Source of the DNA: Paraspadella gotoi
Taxonomy: Eukaryota > Animalia > Chaetognatha
Assembly: GCA_051294375.1 (NCBI GenBank)
Contig: CM119265.1
Coordinates: forward strand, 29,488,852 to 29,552,851
Reading direction: 5' to 3'
DNA: 64,000 bases
In this document: one piece after another, positions 27,181 through 36,785 of the stretch
Numbering within the stretch: position 1 is the stretch's first letter
How the letters are laid out: the number at the start of each line of letters is the position of its first letter
The notes under the pieces: model-generated
What the model saw: only the letters and a program-made list of their open reading frames with translations
Database searches by the model: none
Told to the model about the DNA's origin: nothing
Position numbers and translations under genes: made by a program

Positions 27181-28012
27181 TGTTTTAGCAATCAAAGTCT
27201 CGGGTTCGAACCCTGAAAAGTCAAATTTGTCTTCTTTTCGCCTCAAGACTCCAATTTATTGATTCCAAAGAAAAACTGAATTGATTTTTGGGCGGAGAAT
27301 CGAGGGCAGGGCAAGGTAGAAGACATGGTGACATGGAAAGGCATGAAAGGCATGAAACTAACTAGAAAGCACACGGCAAGAAAAGAAAAGATTAGAGAGT
27401 AAACAACAAGCCCAAACGCGGAAGAGCAAAAAAAAGGACAAGACAGGACAAGAAAAAAAAATCCACACGATTGATTCGCTAAAAATAGAAATGTTGCCTG
27501 TTTTAGCGACAGCCAGAGGCGATATTGAGGTTGCGCTGACAGTTCACTGACAGATCACTGACAGATCGCTGACATATCGCTGACAGATCGCTGACTGTTC
27601 ACTGCCATTAGGAGACTGTAGTACAAAATAAAAAATATGTGTTTTTTCAGTTTTGCTGTCAGAATAAAACATTTTCAGTTGCGGAATAAATTATTTATAT
27701 AAATTTCGTTGAAACTTTAACTTCGTATTTATTTTTAGATCTCCATTCATCTGATGTTTTCTACTGATTTCGTTTTATTACCAAAAAGAAACGTGACATA
27801 TTAAGAAGAAGCGAGAAAGAAAGAATAAAAAAGACTCTTTAACAGTTTTTAAATGTCAGGAATACATACATAGGTACATACATAGGTATATCTTTTTTAA
27901 TCATTTTGGAAAGTTTAAAAACGTTTTATGGTTCTTTAATGCTTAATTTTAATGTTTAATGTTAATCTAAATTTTATTTAATTTATTTTTGAAAAAAAAA
28001 TTGTCAACTCAC

Positions 28013-28045
28013 GTCTTCAAAAAAGTTGGGAGCTTTTGGCGCCAT
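28013..28045 (-). CDS. Candidate first coding exon MAPKAPNFFED, gene unknown
   Basis: aaaaATGG start context, 11 codons, strong phase-0 donor GAC|gtgagt. Confidence 0.4.
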
Positions 28046-28297
28046 TTTTATCAAAGTGAAGACGACGACGATGACGACAATGACGATGATGACGATGATA
28101 ATGTAAACGATTTCGAGATAGTTTTGGATTTAAATTAAATTGAATCGTTCATCTCCAGTTGATGCTAAACAGTTTTAAAAACCTTTTTTATGAAGTATTA
28201 AAATAAATTAATTATTAAAAGTGATTTCTTCATCAGGATGATAATTAAAAATTTATTTTTTCATCAAATTTTCTTAGAACTAAAATCTAAATTTAAC

Positions 28298-28352
<55 letters not shown>

Positions 28353-28429
28353 AAAACAGAGAGCGAGAGAGAGATAGTTATTGGCGACAAAGAAACATGG
28401 AATCATCCAGAGATCAAGTCCGCAAGGGG

Positions 28430-28515
<86 letters not shown>

Positions 28516-28587
28516 GACCTCATGGCATCGAGATCAACTTTGGACGAAAAAAAGGATTCCATTTGGGAAATCGATTCTGGGGGGACT

Positions 28588-28840
28588 AGATTTAGATTTG
28601 AGAAAAGGGAAAGGACAAGATTTTGATTTGGGAAAAGGTAAAGGACAAGATTTAGATTTGAGAAAAGGGAAAAGACAAGATTTAGATTTGGGAAAAGGGA
28701 AAGGACAATATTTAGATTTGGCTATTGGGAAAGGACAAGGTTTAGATTTGGGAAAAGGAAAAGGACAAAATTTAGATTTATGAAAAAGGAAAGGACAACA
28801 TTTTTAAATGGGCAAAGTGAAAGGATAAGATTAATATATG
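28588..28840. repeat. 30-bp tandem repeat (GATTTAGATTTGGGAAAAGGGAAAGGACAA)
   Basis: Direct observation of about 8 units, following a long (GA)n tract. Confidence 0.9.
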
Positions 28841-29514
28841 AAAAAAATAGCCTGAATAGTCTAAATGAGGTAGTACTTGTTTAATTCGTTGTACCAATTT
28901 CATAAAAAAGTCATAAAATCATATAAAGGGGAAATCAGAAAGAAAAAGTGACTCTAAAAGTCGAGATAAATGATAGAGGATTTAAAAAGAAAGAAAAATA
29001 AAAAAGGAAAAAGACATTCATGAACTAAGGAAGAAAATCCCGAATATGAGTCATAAGTTGGAGTCAATGAACTAAAAATAGAAAAAAGGGAAAAAAGAAA
29101 TAGGTCAAGATTTGAAAGAAAAAGAAAGAAGAAAAGAAGACAACTTTATATTATAAACAAATTATGGTTCGAAAAATTTTAAAAATAATTCATTATACAG
29201 TTATATAGTTAAGAATGGGCGGAGAATATTGTCGGAATATAACTAAGATTATCAAGCGTGAAAAAAAATATCAACATTTTATCATTTTCATTCTGACTTT
29301 TGCGAGTTGTCATTTCCATTTTGTCTCTTGATAGCAAAAGTCCGTGGGACTTTGGGCGAACGCAAATCGCCGGATGTTGTGGCCCAGACCTTGGAGGCCA
29401 AAAAGAATATTAAGGTTCAAAGTTCAAAATTTTGCCTTTTGGGTTCAAAGTTCAAAGTCAAGTCTTCAAAGTTATTTAATTTAGGTTTATAGTCGGGGAA
29501 TGAAAAGCAGATAT

Positions 29515-29749
29515 TATGGTGGACTAAAATCCACCAACCGTTCATCAGCGGCCATTGGTGCCGGAGGCAAGTCATTCGCCTCCCAACCCAAAGGTCCGGG
29601 GTTCTAGCCCGGTAGTCGCCTGGCAATTAAGAGGGACGGGGGCGCTTAACCCGCCTGTAACACGGTGTTACAGCCTGATCCAAAGCTCAGGGACTGCTTT
29701 TATTGAACGGTTCTGTCATTAACACTTATCATTAATTACTGTCTCTTCA
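29515..29749 (+). mobile_element. ~235-bp interspersed element with internal tRNA-like domain, copy 1
   Basis: Three near-identical copies in the window. A-box-like TGGTGCCGGAGG, T-arm CCGGG-GTTCTAG-CCCGG, flanked by ATAT/ATAT. Confidence 0.85.
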
Positions 29750-31053
29750 ATATATATTTTTTCGATGATCGTTTTATTAATGAAAAACAAATTTACAAAA
29801 TTTAGCACAATCTCTAATATTTCTTTATTGCAAATCCCAAGTCATCGTAATATTAAAAAAAAAAAATTTCCTCAATTGCTATTATTATTTCTTGTTCCTT
29901 TTTATAGTAAAAATTATTATTAGCGGATAAAATGATAAGTTAAAATGGTGATATACTTTTAAAAAGAATGATAAATATAGAGAGAAACCGAAACAAATGA
30001 GACTATCTGTTCGGTCAAGCCAGCAGATATCGCTTTCCTTTCAGGGCTGTCATTTTGTTTTAATTAAACACTTATGATTAGAAATAAAAAACAGTCCTGC
30101 CATCTTTGGTTTCTAATTGAAAACTCAAGAGCAAGACAAAGTGCATTTATTGCTAATGAGAGTCGTTACATATTTCATAAAGTATTTGTAATTTGATTTT
30201 TTGTAATTGGAAATAGAAATATTTATTAATTTTTTTCCTTTTTTCTTCCGTAAATATTTACTTTTGTTTACATTTTTGTTAACGACCAAAATTTTTCAGG
30301 TTTACCATTAATTTTGTTCATACTTCTTTTTTACAGATTGTAAATTAAATCTTAAAACTAATGATTTAATCGTAATTAATTATATATAATTTTAGTATTC
30401 GTTACACTTGATACCTTTGCACTTGATTTCGTAACTACGTAAATTGATCGCAATTTTGTATTCAAATAAGTCGGTCTTGTTTTTTCGTTTTTTCGAAATA
30501 TAGAATGACTAAGCAGATTTAAAATTTAAGAGGCAGAGGTATTATTAAGTAGCATGGCCCGGGCTGAGGCATTGATTGGCATGCCCAGGGGGAGAGGCAT
30601 TGACTAGCATGCCCGTGTCAGAGGCATTGCATGGCATGCTCTCGGCATTAAGTGGAACTCTCGGGGCAGAGTCATTGATTAGTAGAGTAGAACTTATTTG
30701 AAATATGTTACAATGATAAATATATGTAGAATGATATTTTTATTAAGTAAAATAAATATTTTTTCATATTCTAAATGGATCTAAATAGAAATTATAATAT
30801 ATTTGAAGTAATATCCTAATGAAATAATATATTTTTAAAATATTTTTTTAAAATTTTTATTAAAGATTCATATATTTTTTAAAAAAATTAGATCAAAAAT
30901 AAAAAACATATTATTAAAAATTTAAATGTCTTCAGTATTAAACACAGCAAAAAAATATTTAACTTTTGATTTTTTTCATTTTTTATAGTAAAAACTATTA
31001 TATGATTTATTTATGTTTATATATTTAAACATTTTTTGCAGCTTTAAAATTAA

Positions 31054-31256
31054 GGAAAAAGTATAAATTGTGATTCAGCAACAAATTTATTTGTTAATAA
31101 ATGGACATGTTTGGTTTACGAACCTTTATCAGCGCAGTTAGACACGTTTATTAACAAATAAATTTGTTCATTAATAAATAAATTTGTTGCTGAATGACAA
31201 TTTAAACTTTTTCCTTATGTTCCAAACGCAACGAAAAAGAAAGAAAATTACAACAA
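31054..31256. mobile_element. Palindromic Penelope-like remnant with degenerate hammerhead motif
   Basis: Imperfect inverted arms around GACATGTTT...TTTATCAGCGC, tail CAACGAAAAAGAAAG, and a 15-bp direct repeat CAGCTTTAAAATTAA at 31039-31053 and 31257-31271. Confidence 0.65.
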
Positions 31257-32727
31257 CAGCTTTAAAATTAAAATATCATGTAATATATTTTATAAAGGTT
31301 TATTAATTTTCTAAATCTGTTCTTAAAATTGAAAACAAATAATAATAATATATTATAAATTTATAAGGATATGATTAAAAAAACTTAATTTCTGTTATTA
31401 TTATACTCAAAATTTTTATAAAGGAATTGAATTTTATATTTTATATATATAGAGGCACCAAAAAATATTGTAACTTGTTTCAAGTTTTTCATCGCTCCAC
31501 CCTATTGATTAGCATGCCAGAGAGAATTTGTTGCGGGGCAGGGAGAGAAGGAAGGAGGTTTTGCGGGGAACATATGAGACAATTTAGACATTTAGACATT
31601 TAGACATTTAGACATGTAATATACAAGTATAAACAAACTGAACTAAGAGTCAAAAACAGTATCAAGTAACAAAGAGACATCTTGGTAATAAAACATTAGA
31701 TTAAATTACAAAACTATTTAAGACTATTTAAGAATTCGATTTGGTGATAAACTAAGGTGGCCCGAAATTCTGAAAGAAATAAGATCGAAAAAGAGTCTCG
31801 TGTGGATCTCATGATTTCTTTCTAATCACTCATTCAGTCTTAGGTTTTATTTAAATTTTATTATAAAAGTTTTATTCAATCGACTTTATATTTTTATTAC
31901 TTTTCTTTAACGTTTAATGACGTTTTTAAAAGAAAAGTTTGGGTGTATTTACTTTTTATTTAACTTGTAAAAGTCAGAAGTGGTCATTCTTAGGTCCGCC
32001 CAACTCTGAAAAAACCAGTCTTACAGAGACAAGACAAATTAGCTCCTGTCTTTTTGCTAAGGGGCAAAGGTTAGCATTATACATTAGATGACGTTGCAGC
32101 CAGCGATGTTATGCTGATATTCTCAGTTTTTGTCGATTGTCACGTTTTGTCACGGGTTAACTCGTGTTGTCACGTCGAAAGCCAATTCGATGCTACAAAA
32201 CTTGATGCTAATTATATAAATATTATTTATCTGATAGTTAAAGAGACAATTGACTAATTGACAATTGATAATTTACTTACTAAGGAAAATCTTAGCCGAG
32301 TCTGAAAATTTTCTGGCTAAAATATAAGCATTCATTTTCTTAAATTCATTTTATCTGAAAATCTAAACAAGGTAAAAATGAACATTATTTAACATTTATA
32401 AACTGTGTAATTGATATTACGCAACAATTTCAATACAAGGAAAAACCAAATTTATTTAAGTAACACGAAAATAATGAGCACAAGTTTGATGAAAATTTAT
32501 TTTTTATTTAATATAATTCACTAACTACATTTATAATTTATAGTTTTTTTATGTTATAGTTGTATTAATTTCTGATGATAATGCAGGTTATGATCGTAAT
32601 TTTTTTTATAGTAGTAAATGGTTATGGCAGTTGTGGTGGTTGTTATAGTTATAGTATTGGTTATTGCTAAATGCTTTTACATTTTATACAAAAGTAAAAA
32701 CAGGCAAAATTAATGGGCTATTTATAG

Positions 32728-32782
<55 letters not shown>

Positions 32783-32803
32783 GACAGAGAGAGATAGACT
32801 CAT

Positions 32804-33012
32804 TTAATCCGGTCCTTTGATTGGAGAATTAAGCAAAGAATCTTGAGAATTGTTTATCGCATTTTTATGATTTAAGTTTGATTTGTTGTTGTTGTTGTTG
32901 TGGCTTGAATTGTCAATAAGAAAATGTTGCGTTGTGCTCGTCTTTCCCGATCTCGTAATATTCCGTTCCGGTATTTGGATGATCACCGATCTCCCTCCAT
33001 TGGGAAGTATTT
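32804..33012 (-). CDS. Terminal exon of an unknown single-pass membrane protein (EILPNGGRSVIIQIPERNITRSGK...PIKGPD*)
   Basis: Acceptor gttttgttttag|. Phase 1 is compatible with the upstream exon, and the frame is open to TAA. Confidence 0.6.
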
Positions 33013-33234
33013 CTAAAACAAAACGGAACATAGCTTTTATTGTTAAAGATAGACGAAATAGAATACTAATTAATACTAATGATTTGTGGCCAAGAACTTG
33101 GTTTCGCTTAGTTCCAGACTACATATTTATTAATAATAACATGACCGCCTACATTTTCCAAAACGCCCCATTTTATGAAATTGGTACAACCAATATAAAA
33201 ATTATCCATTCATTTAATAAATAAGCTATCTTGC

Positions 33235-33369
33235 CCCTGACTTTGACAGGCTTTGGTGGTTTAAGGCCTCCATCACTCTTACAAGATAATGACATAGCAG
33301 GTCCCTGCAAGCTTTCAATCAAGACTCTCTCACAGTCTCGTTTATTCACTCCCAGAGTACCTGGCTTCC
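33235..33369 (-). CDS. Possible 135-nt symmetric cassette exon of the same gene (GKPGTLGVNKRDCERVLIESLQGPAMSLSCKSDGGLKPPKPVKVR)
   Basis: AG acceptor, open in phase 1. It would need a non-canonical GC donor (G|gcaaga). Confidence 0.3.
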
Positions 33370-33439
33370 CTATCAATAAAGCGGAAAATATTTCAAAGAA
33401 TGTTTCAATTGTATGAAGAGACCACTCCCTTAAGTATTA

Positions 33440-33481
<42 letters not shown>

Positions 33482-33629
33482 GATTATTATGATTATTAGT
33501 ATTATTATTTATCTTATTTTCCCAAAAAGCCCCATTGCATCCTAAATTTGGAATTAGGTCAATGATTAATGATTAATATTAGGTTAGGGATTAAGGTTAG
33601 AAATTATGAATAAAAGTTTAGGGTAAAAT

Positions 33630-33832
33630 ATTATTAGAAAAGTTTGAAATGAATTTTCAACAACGATTTTATTTGATAAAAACAGACATGTTTCGGCTTA
33701 ACTACAAGCCTTCATCAGCTTGTAGTTAAGCCGAAACATGTCTGTTTTTATCAAATAAAATCGTTGTTGAAAATTCATTTCAAACTTTTCTAATAATTAT
33801 TACACAACGAAAAGAAAGGATTATACCACAAT
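33630..33832. mobile_element. Palindromic Penelope-like (pLTR) insertion
   Basis: Perfect 80-bp inverted arms (33630-33709 / 33718-33797), tail CACAACGAAAAGAAAGG, and a 14-bp direct repeat GGGTAAAATATTAT at 33621-33634 and 33833-33846. Confidence 0.75.
33682..33720 (-). ncRNA. Minimal type I hammerhead ribozyme motif
   Basis: Minus strand reads CTGATGA-A-GGCTT-GTAGTT-AAGCC-GAAAC-AT-GTC-TGT. This gives the catalytic core, a 5-bp stem II, a very short stem III with palindromic ACATGT, and a GUC cleavage triplet. The 5' strand of stem I is weak or truncated. Confidence 0.7.
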
Positions 33833-34024
33833 GGGTAAAATATTATAATTATATTAGGGTTAGAAATCAAGGTTGAGGATTAAGGTTAAATATTTAAGTT
33901 AAAATTAAATTCTGGGATAACGGAAGAGAATTAGAGCGGTCAGGGAAAAAGGAGCTGTCATACGACAGACGGACAGAAAGACAGACATTGAGTCAGACAA
34001 ACGGAGATTGGATGGATAACAAAC

Positions 34025-34114
34025 CTTCGAAAACTTCCACCGAAATTTGATTCGTGAAAAATTTTTGTCTTTGATTGATTTTCTCTTTCGTCTTTTCATT
34101 AACTAGAGACGACC
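34025..34114 (-). CDS. Internal exon of the membrane protein (GSSLVNEKTKEKINQRQKFFTNQISVEVFE)
   Basis: Polypyrimidine acceptor cttctctcag| and donor G|gtttgt. 90 nt, phase 1-1, open frame. Confidence 0.6.
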
Positions 34115-34308
34115 CTGAGAGAAGAAAAAGAGAAATAGAAGCTAGAGCATTGCAGCATTAGAGAATTACGGCATTGCGGCATTATGAGAAGCATTGTTCC
34201 TCTTCCTACTGACATAAATTCAAGCTACGAATTAAAGAAACAGTTACACGATATTAGTGCTGTAGAATCACAGCATTAGATCATAAAATGTAGTTTTAAA
34301 TAACCTAC

Positions 34309-34525
34309 CCTTTTTTAGAACAGCATCGTCGTCGTTGTTGTCATCGTCGTCGCTGTCGTCGTCATCATCTTCTTCTTTGAATCCAACACAATTTAAATCT
34401 TCTTGATTTTTCCAACTTTTATAACAACGACAAAAGATGATAACGATGATTGCGAAGAACAAAACAGTACAAAGAGAAATAATTAAATAATTTAATTCTT
34501 CATGTCCTGTAAATTCCTCAGATTT
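34309..34525 (-). CDS. Exon encoding a transmembrane helix (LIISLCTVLFFAIIVIIFC), RCYK and an acidic cytoplasmic tract
   Basis: Acceptor ttttttacag| and donor G|gtaggt. A hydrophobic 19-mer is followed by Cys and basic residues. Upstream exons were not identified. Confidence 0.65.
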
Positions 34526-35628
34526 CTGTAAAAAAATAAATATTTTAAATATTAATATTTTCAATAAACAAAACAATGAGATGACCTATCAATTTTATTT
34601 TATGAATTCAAAATAATTGAAAATAACTTAAACTTTAAATTATCTCATGTAATAATATTGCTCCATTGTCCAAGAAAATTAAGCGCCTTTTTCCTTAACC
34701 ACTGAATCTAACCCCAATCATGAACCAATAAGTTGATTCTATATACGTCTAATCCTATTATCTAATAACTTCTAATATCCTATTTAATTTTGAAATTCAA
34801 CTGAAATTGGGCATTTTTCGCCAATATATCCAAAAATTAAAACTCACCCAAACTTCCAACTTTTCGGAAAATTTGCGTTCGTCAAAAATTGGCTGATTTG
34901 AGATTTCGTTAAAGTTATTCATTTTATTTAATTTGAAATCATAGTTCTTTAGCTTTTACTTAAAACTCTTTTTTTAGACACAAATCTATTTATCGAGAGT
35001 TACCCGCCGCAGAAATGATTTGATCAGATTAATTTAACAATTTGAAATTAGGTCATTTCAAGAGGTTAGTTTTTTTTTCGAATGGACAAACTTTAAATGG
35101 GATCGATTTTTAAGAGTTTTTTAAATAAAAAGGACAACAAAAAAAATGCTAAGTCATCATCAATAGGCAAAATAATTATGATTTTTTTAATTGGCTAAAC
35201 TTGCTTTTTATTTGATAATTAACTTCTTCCGAATTCGCATAGAGCTTAAGGGAATAAGTTTTGGATTTCCCCAAAAAAATTAGTGAGTCAGCGATTTTTT
35301 TTCTTTTCAAGCAAATGACGCATTTGGTTTTCGGCGGCGGCGGCATGTACCGCTTGATCTTAAGTTCAGTAACTTAGGGGAAGAAATCATGTTAAATACT
35401 TAGCATCTTTAACGATTTAAGAACGTTTTTGTTTTAAGGTTATAACGTTTCAGTAATTTTGTTGTTTTCATGTTTTTAAAAACAAGTTTAAGCAAACATT
35501 GTCGGATCTGTCTCCGATAATTAAGCGGTAAGAAGCTAATCCGTTGATAAAGCATGGTAATATTTTCTTACTTTCAATTTGTGATCTTAACAGATCATAA
35601 CACATTGTAATATAACAAATCATAACTT

Positions 35629-35853
35629 TATGGTGGACTAAAATCCACCAACCGTTCATCAGCGGCCATTGGTGCCGGAGGCAAGTCATTCGCCTCCCAA
35701 CCCAAAGGTCTGGGATTCTAGCCCGGTGGACGCCTTGCAGTTAAGAGGGACGGGGCGCTTAACCCGCCTGTAACACCGTGTTACAGCCTGATCCAAAGCT
35801 CATATATTGAACGGTTCTGTCACTAAAACATAATAATAATTACTGTCTCTTCA
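35629..35853 (+). mobile_element. tRNA-domain interspersed element, copy 2
   Basis: Near-identical to 29515-29749 with a small internal deletion. Flanks ACTT/ACAT. Confidence 0.85.
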
Positions 35854-35934
35854 ACATACTTTTTAATAAATCTATGAAAAAAATCTAAAAATCAAATGAT
35901 CTATCAATCATTACCAGTAGCCTCGCCAATACCA

Positions 35935-36785
35935 GCTTGCATAATTTGATAAATTTGAATAACTTTCTAATTTTTGCATAATTTGCTCAACTGGCATAAT
36001 TTGGTCAACTGACATAATTTTTTACAACTTGCATAATTTGGTCAACTTGCAAAATGTGGTAAACTGGCGTAATTTGATCAACTATTATAATTTGGTAGAC
36101 TGGCATAATATGGTCAATTGACGTAATTTGGCCAACTGGCATAATTTGATCAACTGGCATAATTTTGCCAACTGGCATTTAGGTATTTTTAAGAAAAAAA
36201 AAATAATAATTTAGCCCACTGGCATAATTTTGTCAACTGAAATAATTTGGGGAACTGGCATAATTAGGACAACTATGGTGGACTAAAATCCACCAACTGT
36301 TCATCAGCGGCCATTGGTGCCGGAGGCAAGTCATTCGCCTCCCAACCCAAAGGTCCGGGGTTCTAGCCCGGTGGTCGTCTGGCAGTTAAGAGGGACGGGG
36401 CGCTTAACCCGCCTGTAACATGGTGTTACAGCCTGATCCGAAGCTCAGGGACTGCTTATATTGAACGGTTCTGTCATTAACATATATTAATAATTACTGT
36501 CTCTTCACAACTCTCTTAAATTGGTCAACTGACATAACTTGGCCAACTGACTTAATTTGCTCAACTGACATAATTTGTTCAACTGGAATAATTTGCTCAA
36601 CTAGCTTAATTTAGTTAACCGGCATAATTTGATCAACTGGCATAATCTGCTCAACTGGCATAATTTTGTTAACCGACATAATTTGCTCAACTGACATAAT
36701 TTGCTCAACTTGCAGAATTTGGTCACTAGAATAATTTGGTCAACTGGATTAATTTGGTCAACTGGCATAATTTGGACAACTTACA
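35935..36785. repeat. 18-bp tandem repeat (GGCATAATTTGGTCAACT), interrupted by an element
   Basis: Direct observation. Confidence 0.9.
36274..36507 (+). mobile_element. tRNA-domain interspersed element, copy 3, inserted in the minisatellite
   Basis: Near-identical to copies 1 and 2. Flanks CAAC/CAAC. Confidence 0.88.

Noticed and set aside
26894-27262. His/Asp-rich ORF (DDHND repeats) as a metal-binding protein
   Set aside because: It is a low-complexity 15-bp repeat open in several frames, it starts inside a transposon end and has no convincing splice or start signals.
29548-29619. Functional tRNA-Gly(CCC) gene
   Set aside because: The anticodon stem does not pair, there is no oligo-T terminator immediately downstream, and it is embedded in a larger repeated element.
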